Virus record (IMG/VR): IMGVR_UViG_3300008107_000123
Coordinates: 1 to 64,000 of that record
Source: an uncultured virus (IMG/VR IMGVR_UViG_3300008107_000123)
Lineage: Duplodnaviria > Heunggongvirae > Uroviricota > Caudoviricetes
Strand: one strand, 5' to 3'
DNA length: 64,000 bases
The translations under genes were made by a program, and so were the position numbers. Below, piece after piece: positions 36,487 through 45,924 of the stretch; within the stretch, counting starts at the first letter, position 1; every line of letters starts with the position of its first letter. Under the pieces are notes generated by a model. That model saw only the letters and a program-made list of their open reading frames with translations, was not told where the DNA came from and searched no databases.

Positions 36487-38902
36487 GATCACGTGGTCAT
36501 CTCTTGGCGGCTGGATGGATACAGACGGAAACAAGTATCCGACCAAGAAGGCTGCCGAAGAGGCAACCGGGACTACGTACAGGACTCAGAAGCAAGAGCG
36601 TGCTTCTGCGGCATCTGGCAGCCGCAAGAAGGGCAAGAAGGGCACGAGTCCCAGAACCCCGAAGAAAAACCCGCAGAGCCGTCGTCAGACGCTTGCAAAG
36701 CAGGCAGGGTTTGACCTTACGCCCGAGATCGCAAACGAGCCGTGGCCCGACTTCCAAGAGCGTGTGAGGTCCGCTGGCGTCGATCCCGAGAAGCCGAAGC
36801 GTACCCCCCGCAAGAAAAGCGGAGGATCGACTAAGGCAGCGACCGTCACTATCGGACAGCCGGTTGTTCCACCGAACGTAACGCCGCCTTCTCCTAAGGA
36901 CGAGAAGAAGCCAAAGCGAACAAAGAAGAAGCCTAAGAGCGTCAAGCGCCTCACTGTCGTTGTTGACGCCCCTAAGCCGCCGCCTCCTCCTCCTGCACCG
37001 TCAACGGCTCCGCCTCCTCCACCTAAGCCGACTTCCGCTACTCCAAAGACCGCATCAAACCCATTCGCGGGTATCTTTGGAAGTGGCTCTGAGCCAAAGA
37101 AGAAGAAGGCCCCAAGCACGTACTTCGGGAAGAAGGCACCCAAGGGGCAGATGGGGGCAATGGTCGCTCAGCAGCGCCAGTCTCCGTACAATCTCGCTAC
37201 GACCAGCCGCGAGGTTTCCGGCTGGCTTGGCCGCGTTGGATCAAGGATCAAGCGCGAGGCAGCGGCAACCGTTGCCGACGTAAACCGTATTGCTGGTCCG
37301 CGAACTCGCGTTGTCACCGGTCGCCCGTCTGCTGCTGGTCCGCAGATGACAAACGCAAGGACTCCAAGCCGCGCCCCGTCAGCCGCACCTGCGCCTCCCT
37401 CGCCTAGTCGTCCACCGGCAGCGCGTGTTTCTGTTGGTCCGCAGATGACCAACGTCAGGGTCGGGCCTACCTTGCGGGCAGTCCCAAAGAGGCAGGTTCC
37501 GTTCTCTGTGCAGACTGCACCGCGTACGGATTACTTCGGTTCAACAAGGCCGCAGATGATCGGTCCACGCGGGTACCCGATGATGACTGGCGCGGAAAAC
37601 CGTTCCGCTGCACGCGCGGGGGTTGAGGTCGTTCGCAGAGGCCCGGCTCAGGGTGGCGCGGCATCTGCTGTGTCAACTGCAGACTCCCGCCCCCGTCGTC
37701 CTCGCGCCCCTGTCAACCGTGACATCAAGTCTGTAAAGAAGAACCCGATCCGCATTAGCGCTGCGCATGGGTGGTCGCCAAACTCTGCGCGGTTTGCGAG
37801 CGTAACTATGCCCGAGACTATCCCGGGTCTTGGCGACCGTAGGGGGACTTTTGGGTTCCTGCGGGAGAACAGGCGTCAGTTTCTCGGCGGCGGTGACTTC
37901 AAGGACAGGGCACCTGTTGTCCGCGACATCAGCCCCAAGACCACCACGCGGCGCGGCCTGCCGTCGATGTCTGGCTCTGGTATGGGTTCAGGGTCGCCCG
38001 CCCAGCCGACGACTCCGACTGGGCGCCCAAAGAAAACCAGTTACAAGCCACAGACACTTAGCCCCCCCATCAACCCGGAGAAGGCCAAGAGGGGAGCGCC
38101 CGAGCCCGGTGCCTCAAACCTGCGACCGGCCACTCCTCCGTCGTCTGTCCCGCCGTCGTCGGCCACCACCCCGACTCGTTCTTCGGACGCGGCTGGCAGG
38201 ACTAAGGGACCGGCAAAGGTCGTGTTCCGCAGCGACACTGGGAACTACGTAACTCGTTCGGGGCGTGAACTTTCCTTCTTCGGCCCCAACGACCGCACTC
38301 CGCGTATCATTACTCCCGTATCTCCAAAGGGCTCCAAGAGCCCTACGCGGCTTCCTAGCAAGAGCATCGACTGGACTAGCGTCGCAAGGGACATGCTTTC
38401 GGACATGGAGTCCGACTGGACGCCAGATGACCTGAAGAAGGCGGTCACCGATAGGCAGGTCGGCAAGGTCGCAAAGGCTGTTGGGATAAGCGAGCCAAAG
38501 GCCCGTGAGTACGTCGAGGGTAAGCAGATCGCCAAGATGCGTGCCAAGTACCCGAACCCCTTCCTTACTCGGTCGGGCTGGCTCGGTGACAACCGCCAAA
38601 ACGTGAACATGCCGCGAACGTCTCTCCTACCTGAGGGGGAGAGGAAAAAGACTGGATTTGTCAAGTTGCTCCAGAAGCGCGGACTTCTTGGCCTCGCTGG
38701 AGGCGCTGTCGGGACAGGTGTTGGCGTGGCCGTAGATGTTCTTGCAAGCCCCGACAAGGCGTACGCACCGATGTCACCGAAGGCAAGGGCGGAGCAGACT
38801 GTTTTCCTGAGGGAGCGTGCGGCGTCGAGGAAGCGTGCGCTCACCGCAACAAAGAAGGTTTTCCCCACGTTCACACAGCCCGGATACCGTAGGAGCAAGT
38901 AG
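36479..38902 (+). CDS. Large Pro/Lys/Arg-rich, probably disordered protein
   Basis: 807 aa, low complexity, polyproline tracts. Confidence 0.65.
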   Translation: MAEITWSSLGGWMDTDGNKYPTKKAAEEATGTTYRTQKQERASAASGSRKKGKKGTSPRTPKKNPQSRRQTLAKQAGFDLTPEIANEPWPDFQERVRSAGVDPEKPKRTPRKKSGGSTKAATVTIGQPVVPPNVTPPSPKDEKKPKRTKKKPKSVKRLTVVVDAPKPPPPPPAPSTAPPPPPKPTSATPKTASNPFAGIFGSGSEPKKKKAPSTYFGKKAPKGQMGAMVAQQRQSPYNLATTSREVSGWLGRVGSRIKREAAATVADVNRIAGPRTRVVTGRPSAAGPQMTNARTPSRAPSAAPAPPSPSRPPAARVSVGPQMTNVRVGPTLRAVPKRQVPFSVQTAPRTDYFGSTRPQMIGPRGYPMMTGAENRSAARAGVEVVRRGPAQGGAASAVSTADSRPRRPRAPVNRDIKSVKKNPIRISAAHGWSPNSARFASVTMPETIPGLGDRRGTFGFLRENRRQFLGGGDFKDRAPVVRDISPKTTTRRGLPSMSGSGMGSGSPAQPTTPTGRPKKTSYKPQTLSPPINPEKAKRGAPEPGASNLRPATPPSSVPPSSATTPTRSSDAAGRTKGPAKVVFRSDTGNYVTRSGRELSFFGPNDRTPRIITPVSPKGSKSPTRLPSKSIDWTSVARDMLSDMESDWTPDDLKKAVTDRQVGKVAKAVGISEPKAREYVEGKQIAKMRAKYPNPFLTRSGWLGDNRQNVNMPRTSLLPEGERKKTGFVKLLQKRGLLGLAGGAVGTGVGVAVDVLASPDKAYAPMSPKARAEQTVFLRERAASRKRALTATKKVFPTFTQPGYRRSK

Positions 38903-39591
38903 TGGCACAGATGAACCCAATCGCGCGTTACGCTGTCCCGCAGGGGAACCCGCTTGACGACGTAATGGCTATAAAGAGGCGCGAAGCCACTAAGCGTACG
39001 CAGCAGACTGCACGCCGCGCAGTTGCGGACGCGCCTGCGCGTATCAGCGAAATGCTGAGAGGCGCTATCAGCGAGAGGTTGGGGTTTGGTCGTGGAAGCG
39101 GAGCGCCCGCTCCCCGTCGATCGGAAGTACCAGCAGGGCGCAACTACGGTGGTATGACCATGGTCGCCACAGAAGGCGTTCCGATGAACGAGCAGGATGT
39201 CATGCTCCGTGACCGTCAAGAGAAGATGCGCAGCGCGTTCCTACAGCGTCTCCGCGACGACCGTTCTCAGAACCCTGAGGCGTACGCTCTGGCAGAGCAG
39301 GAGTACGCTACACGTGCTTCGCGCCGCGGGAAGTTCCTGAAGCGTGCGTACGATGCCGTTGGTACCCCAGAGGGGTACAGCGACTTCGACGTTGGAATCA
39401 TGCGTGATCAGGGGCTGGTCAACCCGATGCTCGACGAGTACAACCCAGTGACTAGGGAACGAGTTGCAAAGGAGTTCCAGAGGACGCACAAGTGGGCGAG
39501 AAAGAAGGAGAACCTCGCAGACCTCGACATCGCTGTGAAGTACCTAATGTCTCGTCCCAACTTCGAGCAGTCGTTCTACTACAACCCATGA
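38902..39591 (+). CDS. Hypothetical protein
   Basis: Overlap-coupled ORF of 229 aa. Confidence 0.6.
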   Translation: MAQMNPIARYAVPQGNPLDDVMAIKRREATKRTQQTARRAVADAPARISEMLRGAISERLGFGRGSGAPAPRRSEVPAGRNYGGMTMVATEGVPMNEQDVMLRDRQEKMRSAFLQRLRDDRSQNPEAYALAEQEYATRASRRGKFLKRAYDAVGTPEGYSDFDVGIMRDQGLVNPMLDEYNPVTRERVAKEFQRTHKWARKKENLADLDIAVKYLMSRPNFEQSFYYNP

Positions 39592-39842
39592 TCGCTGCAA
39601 TCGTAATCCTCGGCGTCACTACCGTCGTCAACGGCGGGCTTGCCGCGTTCATCTTCTTTATGGGCCAGCGCGAGCGCGTCTCGCTGCTTGACCGTATTCA
39701 GGCGCCCGAGGCGGCGCGGATGGCGTCTGTCGTTCAGACGCTCGACTCTGTTCCGACCGCTGAGGAAGCGGAGACTCTGGTCGGAATCAACGTCCCGTGG
39801 GACGACGACCTCCGCATGATCCTGTCCGAGGAGGACAACTAA
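39588..39842 (+). CDS. Small membrane-anchored protein
   Basis: Start MIAAIVILG in an ATGA overlap; N-terminal TM segment. Confidence 0.6.
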   Translation: MIAAIVILGVTTVVNGGLAAFIFFMGQRERVSLLDRIQAPEAARMASVVQTLDSVPTAEEAETLVGINVPWDDDLRMILSEEDN

Positions 39843-40121
39843 ATGTCTGTCACCACATCCAACGTCACCGTTGGAACGACGGCGACGCTGCTTTGTGGGA
39901 CTGACCCGAAGCGTCGTCGCCTGTACATCAAGAATGTCCATTCCAGTAAGGCGTACATCGGACCCCTCGGAGTCACGACGGCCAACGGTTTCCACGTTGG
40001 CGTTGACGAAACCATCGTGATCGAGAACTCGCACCCCGCCGACGGATCTGCGAAGAACGCCTACTACGCCGTTCTCGGCTCTGGCTCCGGCACGGTATCG
40101 GTCATGGAGATCACTGACTGA
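39843..40121 (+). CDS. Small beta-rich virion protein (putative)
   Basis: VTVGTTATLL..RRRLYIKN..YIG..GVTTANGF pattern. Confidence 0.55.
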   Translation: MSVTTSNVTVGTTATLLCGTDPKRRRLYIKNVHSSKAYIGPLGVTTANGFHVGVDETIVIENSHPADGSAKNAYYAVLGSGSGTVSVMEITD

Positions 40122-40534
40122 TGGCTTCCGGACTTAGCGACTACTTCGAGAACCAAGTTCTTGGAAAGATTTTCGGAAACCAGACGCTCACCGTTCCGGG
40201 CACGTACTACATCGGACTCTGGACGGCCACGCTCTCGGACTCGTCAACTGGATCGACCGCAGGCGAGCCATCTGGCGGTTCCTACGCTCGTGTCTCAGTT
40301 ACGAACAGCGGGTCAAACTGGGACGCTGTATCGGGTGGCGCGACCGCTAACACGAACCTGATCGCGTTCCCCCTTGCGACTACCTCGTGGGGCACGGTCA
40401 CTTATGTCGGAATCTGCGACGCGCTCACGGCGGGCAACATGATTGCTTACGCACAGTTGACTACCCCGGTCAGCGTTGCACAGTACGACACCGTGCTGTT
40501 CCAGCCCGGTGACCTTGACATCACGCTTACCTAA
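40121..40534 (+). CDS. Conserved tail/fibre-associated protein
   Basis: LSDYFEN, YIGLWT, GGSYARV, IAFPxATxSWGTVT and DALTAGN motifs. Confidence 0.65.
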   Translation: MASGLSDYFENQVLGKIFGNQTLTVPGTYYIGLWTATLSDSSTGSTAGEPSGGSYARVSVTNSGSNWDAVSGGATANTNLIAFPLATTSWGTVTYVGICDALTAGNMIAYAQLTTPVSVAQYDTVLFQPGDLDITLT

Positions 40535-40545
40535 GGCGGTCAGCG

Positions 40546-41894
40546 ATGGCAGATGACGTAACCCTCAACTCAATGAGCGGCGGCGCTGTCGTCGCCACCG
40601 ACGACTCGGGCACTGGTCACGTACAGATCGTCAAACTGGCGTACTCCGCTGACGGTGATCGCACGCACATCCCGGCTACTGCGGCCGGTCTTGCGGTCAT
40701 CGAGCGCGGAACAACGATTGACAGCACCTCCGCATCTGTGACCACGACCTCGGGCCAGATCGTCGCTTCGTCGGCCACTCGCCGCACCATCGTATCCCCG
40801 AACCCGGTCGGTTCGCTACAGGCATACGCAGGTGCGTCGGCCCCGTCTGGCTGGCTGCTGTGCGACGGAACCTCGTACTCAACCTCCGTGTACCCCGAGT
40901 TGTATTCGGTACTGGGCTACACCTACGGCGGGTCGGGCGCGAACTTCAACGTGCCCGACCTTCGTGGTCGCGCCCCGATTGGCGCGGGAACAGGAGCGCA
41001 GAACGGCGGCAGCGGGTCCGGCGCTATCAGCGGCGGGACCGCGCTTACCGCAAGGGCGCGAGGCGCGTTCGGTGGCGACGAGCGGCTTCAGTCGCACACC
41101 CATATTTCACCGGGGCAGAACCTTGCGACACTTTATAACTCGGGTGGTTCTCCACTACAGGGTTGGAACGCTCCCGGTGTAGACGGATTGTCTAACTCAA
41201 CTACCGACCATTCGCGCACTGGCAAGGGTTCCGGCGAGAATATGCCCCCCTTCCTCGTCACCAACTACATCATCAAGGCGATCCCCGACGCCCCGCGCTC
41301 CGGTCTTGCCTACGGGTCCACTCCCCCGATTGTCACGGCGCTGCCCGCGAACCCGCAGTTCGGTGATGTCGTCACTTACATCGCAGACGCCACGAACGGC
41401 GTTGCGTGGAACCTTCAGTACGACGCGAGCGGAACGTACCCGTGGAAGTTCATTGGGGGTGCGCCGCTGCTGAATACGGTCGCTGCCAGTGAGTCAACGG
41501 CCAATCCGAGTTACGTCGCACTTACAACTGCCGGTCCACAAATCACGGTACCTGTAGCGGGCGACTACGACGTTCTCATCGGCTGCAACTTCAACGGCGG
41601 CGCNNNNNNNNNNNNNNNNNNNNNNNNNNCGGCTGCAACTTCAACGGCGGCGCAGGCAACGACATTCCGGGAGTGATGTCGTTCCTCGTTGGCGGAACCG
41701 CAGCGTCGGATAGTGACGCCGTGTGGATTTCGACGCGAGGACCAGGCTACGACTCAACGATAAGCAAGCCAAGCCGTAAGACAGGCATCGCTGCCTCGAC
41801 CGCGCTAGTGGCTCGGTACAAGTCACCTGCCTCTGCGGGGATGATCTTTGGCCAACGCTTTATGCGTGTAACCCCAATCCGAGTGAGCGCCTAA
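40546..41894 (+). CDS. Tail fibre protein with tail-collar domain (one ORF once the gap artefact is removed)
   Basis: PVGSLQAYAG..APSGWLLCDG..YPELYSVLG..FNVPDLRGR..NMPPFLVTNYIIK; collapsing the 24-bp duplication joins it in frame to 41673..41894. Confidence 0.75.
41580..41653. other. Scaffold gap (26 N) flanked by an exact 24-bp duplication
   Basis: cggctgcaacttcaacggcggcgc at 41580-41603 and again at 41630-41653. Confidence 0.95.
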
Positions 41895-42835
41895 TGACCA
41901 CCCTCACTGACACCCAAGTAGTGACCGCGAGCGGCGGGCTGGTGGAGTTGGGGTACACGGCTCTCACTACCAGCCCAGCGGTCGGCGGGAGTTGGACGAC
42001 CATCGCCTCCACCACGGTTGTCGCTGATGGCAGCAAGTTGCTTGTGGAGTTTCAGTCACCGTATGTGTCTGCCGCAGCAAACGCTCGTCTTGTAATCGCC
42101 GGGACCAACTACCGGTTCGGTGACTTGGCGGCTGCCGGTCCTTTCCGTCAGTCGCTTGTGGTTACCCCAGCGGCTGGCTCCGTTTCCATTTCTGTTGAGT
42201 TCATCACCGCTGGGGGTGGCGCGACCATCAACGGGAGCGGCGGTACATACGGCGCGGGCAGCGCCTTCCTCCGCGTCTCCAAGATCGTCCAGGCGACCCA
42301 GTGGCCCGCCGTCACGACCGGCACGATCATCTGCACTTCGACCACGCGGCCCGCGAGTCCGTTTGAGGGGCAGACGATTTATGAGACTGACACTGACTTG
42401 GAGCAGCGGTGGACGGGTAGCGCGTGGGTTGTTTCGGGTAGCAACGGCGGTAGTTTTCTAAGCGCGTCCAGCACGACAACCGTTTCTGCTGCTTCAACGA
42501 TTACCTACACGCAGGCAAGCATCACCCTCACTCCGGGCGTGTGGGAAGTGACGTCCGCGATGACGCTTATCAACGGCACGACGACCGACAGCGCAGCGGT
42601 CGCCATCTACAACCAGACCGCCGCTGCGGTCGTGTCAGGCTCATATGGGACGCCTGGCTACACCAGCACAACGTGGGCGGCGGCACTTCAGTCAATGCCG
42701 ACGAAGATGACCGTTACCTCGAATACCCAGGTCTGTCCTTACGGGAATCGAAACGGTGGATCAACTATCGCTCCCGCTAGTGGCGTCGGCGCGCCTGTGG
42801 GGCTTATCACCGCACGAAGGCTTTACGGAGGATGA
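41894..42835 (+). CDS. Tail fibre / receptor-binding protein
   Basis: Shares its middle with 1..315 up to IYETDT; different C-terminal domain. Confidence 0.7.
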   Translation: MTTLTDTQVVTASGGLVELGYTALTTSPAVGGSWTTIASTTVVADGSKLLVEFQSPYVSAAANARLVIAGTNYRFGDLAAAGPFRQSLVVTPAAGSVSISVEFITAGGGATINGSGGTYGAGSAFLRVSKIVQATQWPAVTTGTIICTSTTRPASPFEGQTIYETDTDLEQRWTGSAWVVSGSNGGSFLSASSTTTVSAASTITYTQASITLTPGVWEVTSAMTLINGTTTDSAAVAIYNQTAAAVVSGSYGTPGYTSTTWAAALQSMPTKMTVTSNTQVCPYGNRNGGSTIAPASGVGAPVGLITARRLYGG

Positions 42836-43362
42836 CTCTCCTCCTCCTCCTCACCAGCTCCGGCGGACCCAAGCCCGTATATGCGGCGATCCCGGCGACC
42901 TCCGACCTCACCGCAACTGCAGACGACCGCTCCGCCGTCTCCCCCGTCGCGGAGATCAACGTCTTCTCCGGTGGTGCTGCGACGTTCGAGTCCCGCGCGG
43001 CCGACCAGGCGGCAGCGGTCATCGCCGCAACGGCGGACCTTGCCGCACTGCTCAGGAACGCTACTGACCGCGCCGCCGAGCAGATCACCGTCCTGTCAGA
43101 TGTCGTCGCGACGCTCCGCAGCCCGACGCTCCGGATCGACGCGCAGGCAATGGCCGTCGCGAACCTCTCCGCATACGCAACGGTAAAGGTTCCCGTAACC
43201 GCATCCGCATTGGTACCTGGCTTCTCCGCCTTCTATATCCGCATCCCGCCCCGCTCGATTGGCGGCGTCGCCACCGCCGCCGCCGGCCGCGCCACCGCCG
43301 GTTCCCTCACCGGCTCCGGCCGCGGCGTCACCGGTACCGCAACGTCAGCCTCAGGAAGGTAA
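42832..43362 (+). CDS. Ala-rich putative virion protein
   Basis: Homologue of 730..1263. Confidence 0.6.
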   Translation: MTLLLLLTSSGGPKPVYAAIPATSDLTATADDRSAVSPVAEINVFSGGAATFESRAADQAAAVIAATADLAALLRNATDRAAEQITVLSDVVATLRSPTLRIDAQAMAVANLSAYATVKVPVTASALVPGFSAFYIRIPPRSIGGVATAAAGRATAGSLTGSGRGVTGTATSASGR

Positions 43363-43371
43363 CCCGAAACC

Positions 43372-45666
43372 ATGTCGACCGACATCGCAGCCCCCAAGCC
43401 GCAGGCGTCTCCGCTGGGCCGTCTCTACCGCGGCAAGGGCGAAGCCTCGGGCAACCTCATGAACATGGTCACCCAGGGCCGCGAGCTTGCGAAGACCGAG
43501 CGCAGCCGCTGGCAGATGAACCGCTACATGTACCGGGGCGAGCAGTGGATGCGCGCCCGTCCCGGCACTGGCTTCTCCTCCGGCCGCCTCGAGCTGCTTA
43601 TGGACACCCCGCGGGCCCGCAGGCGCGACACGTTCAACCGCCTGCGGCAGATGACCGACGGCCGCGTCTCGCTACTGACCGCGCAGCGCCCGCCGTATGA
43701 GGTCGTCCCGCGTAGCCGCGAGCAGAACTCCATCGACGCCGCCCGCCAGGCCAGCAAGCTCATCGCCGCCAAGTGGGACGACTCCGGCTGGGCCGTCGGC
43801 TCCGCGATCCGCGACATGGTGCTGAACGGCGAGATCGACGGCATCTCGTACCTCCACTGCTACTTCGACCCGACGGCCGGCGATGTCACCTACATCCCGT
43901 TCTCGGCCGAGACGGGCAAGCCGGTTGAGTCCCGCGAGCAGTTTGAGGCGCTCTCCGAGGAGGACCCCGAGGGCCAGACGCTCTGGCAGTACCGCCCGAT
44001 GAAGTTGGGCGAGATCGTCTGGCGCGTCGTGCGCCCGGGCGCCATCAGTGTCGACCCTTCGGTCACCAAGTGGAGCGACTGCCGCTGGGTCGTGGAGAGC
44101 CGCGTCTTCCCGCGCTCGGTGATCGAGCAGCAGATCGGCAAGAAGATCGATGACATCCTCGAGGAGTCGGCCCAGATGGGCCAGTCGGGCTCCTCCGGCG
44201 GATCGTTCAACCGCGCCGATGTCGCCTCCCCGATCAACGTGGAGGACGAAGGTGGCGGTTCCTCGGGACGCATGGTCCCGGGGCGCGATGAGTTCCTGGT
44301 GCATGAGGCGTACATCAAGCCGGGCGGCGACTGGCCGCAGGGCGCGCACATCCGCTGGCTGGACCGCGCTCCGAACCTGCCGCTGGTCACCGAGCCGTAC
44401 ATGGAGTACGACCTCCCCTACAAGCCGTTCAACCCGAAGCCCGACGGCGGCCATTGGGTCCGCTGCCGCGGCACGGTCGATGAGCTTCGCCCGATCCAGC
44501 AGCGGTTCAACCGCATCCTCTCGCTGCTCCATGAGTGGCTCGAGCGCGTGGCCCGCCCGCCGATGATCGTTCCCATCGGGGCCGTGCGGAACCAGGAAAT
44601 CTTCAACGACAAGGGCATCATCGAAGTCCACCCCATCGGGGATCCGCACTTCATGCCTGTGTCATCGGAGCCGACCGCGGTCCTTACGCAGCACCTCCAG
44701 TGGTGCGTGCAGCAGATGGCCGAGATCGCCAACCAGTCGGATGCGATCCGAGGCTTCAGCCCCGGGCAGGGCGTGGAGTCGGCCATCGGCATCCAGACCC
44801 TCGCCCAGAACTCTGAGACGCAGCTTTCCGGTACCGCCGCTCAGGTGGCGAACATCGTGGAGTGGGGGCTCTCGCGCTCGCTCACCCTCGTCGCCAAGCA
44901 CTACGTCATGCCGCGCCTGGTGTCCTCTGCCGGCGTCGATGACACCTCAGAGCTTCGCGCCTTCGTCGGCTCCCAGATCAAGGGTGCGGAGGACGTCAAG
45001 ATCACCGCGTCCATCCTCCCGAAGAGCCGCGCGCTTCAGTTCCAGACGCTGATGCAGCTCGCACCTCTGGTCGGGCAGGACATTCGCCCGCATGTGGCCC
45101 GGTTCGTGGAGGGCTCCTACGACGAGTTCATCACCGCCGAGACGGCGCAGCGCAACCGCCAGAAGCGGGAGAACTCCGCCCTCGCGGCGCTTGCCACCTT
45201 CCCCCAGCGCGATCAGGTCTACAAGGACTTCCTCGGCCTCCAGGCCAAGTACATGGAGGCCGTCCAGATCGCCGCCTCGCAGGGGCAGGATCCGATGCAG
45301 GCGCTCGCCGCTGCAGGCATCCAGCCGCCGTCGGTGCTGAACATGCTCCGCGATGCGGGCGTGCAGATCCCGATGGTGGAGGACTACGACGAACACGCCC
45401 AGCATCTTCGGACGCTGGACGACTGGCGTCTGTCCGACGGCTACGACGCCGTCCACCCGCTGGTCAAGCAGGCCGCGCGTGAGCATGCCGAGCAGCACAA
45501 GAAGCAGATGACCCAGACCCTCATGGGCATCGGCGCGCAGATGCCGATGCCGCAGCCCGGGCAGCAGCAGGGATCGCAGCCCGCACCCAAGGGCCAGCCG
45601 TCACCGCCCAAGCAGCAGGGCCAGCCGGCCGGCCAGTCAACGATGCCTATCTCAGGAGCGAACTAG
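43372..45666 (+). CDS. Portal protein (genome B)
   Basis: Homologue of 1267..3498. Confidence 0.85.
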   Translation: MSTDIAAPKPQASPLGRLYRGKGEASGNLMNMVTQGRELAKTERSRWQMNRYMYRGEQWMRARPGTGFSSGRLELLMDTPRARRRDTFNRLRQMTDGRVSLLTAQRPPYEVVPRSREQNSIDAARQASKLIAAKWDDSGWAVGSAIRDMVLNGEIDGISYLHCYFDPTAGDVTYIPFSAETGKPVESREQFEALSEEDPEGQTLWQYRPMKLGEIVWRVVRPGAISVDPSVTKWSDCRWVVESRVFPRSVIEQQIGKKIDDILEESAQMGQSGSSGGSFNRADVASPINVEDEGGGSSGRMVPGRDEFLVHEAYIKPGGDWPQGAHIRWLDRAPNLPLVTEPYMEYDLPYKPFNPKPDGGHWVRCRGTVDELRPIQQRFNRILSLLHEWLERVARPPMIVPIGAVRNQEIFNDKGIIEVHPIGDPHFMPVSSEPTAVLTQHLQWCVQQMAEIANQSDAIRGFSPGQGVESAIGIQTLAQNSETQLSGTAAQVANIVEWGLSRSLTLVAKHYVMPRLVSSAGVDDTSELRAFVGSQIKGAEDVKITASILPKSRALQFQTLMQLAPLVGQDIRPHVARFVEGSYDEFITAETAQRNRQKRENSALAALATFPQRDQVYKDFLGLQAKYMEAVQIAASQGQDPMQALAAAGIQPPSVLNMLRDAGVQIPMVEDYDEHAQHLRTLDDWRLSDGYDAVHPLVKQAAREHAEQHKKQMTQTLMGIGAQMPMPQPGQQQGSQPAPKGQPSPPKQQGQPAGQSTMPISGAN

Positions 45667-45669
45667 GCG

Positions 45670-45924
45670 ATGTCAAACGAGATCGAAGTGATCACAGGCT
45701 TCGAGCAGGGCTTCTCCAAGGAAGTCGCGGCAATCCTTGAGGTCGCTGACCGTGGCCTCCTCTACCCGCGTGAGATCAGGGAGAACCTCGCCAAGGCGGG
45801 GATGATCATCTACGAGGAGATCCCCCTTCCCGACGTCGATCCTCCCCGCATGGAGGACGCACCGCACACCGTGAATCCCGACGAGTTCGTGGACTCCGAT
45901 GACGACAACGAGGAGACGTACTAG
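45670..45924 (+). CDS. Small acidic hypothetical protein
   Basis: Homologue of 3495..3743. Confidence 0.75.
   Translation: MSNEIEVITGFEQGFSKEVAAILEVADRGLLYPREIRENLAKAGMIIYEEIPLPDVDPPRMEDAPHTVNPDEFVDSDDDNEETY

Larger units (their letters stand above)
1..41603. mobile_element. Phage genome A, nearly complete, circularly permuted, podovirus-like
   Basis: Full set of portal, MCP, adaptor, nozzle, lysis, replication and terminase genes; no tape measure or sheath gene; window position 6 aligns to 42082, giving a unit length of about 42.1 kb. Confidence 0.9.

Noticed and set aside
31011..37683. Complete avoidance of CTGCAG (PstI site) in genome A
   Set aside because: At least two sites exist (about 31012 and 37677); at most under-represented
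41604..41676. Apparent frameshift or pseudogene splitting the tail-collar gene
   Set aside because: Removing the 26 N and one copy of the 24-bp duplication restores a single frame (GCNFNGGAGNDIPGVMSFL), so it is an artefact
1..42400. Diversity-generating retroelement or invertible fibre cassette
   Set aside because: No reverse transcriptase or recombinase was recognised, and the differences between the two fibre copies are not adenine-specific
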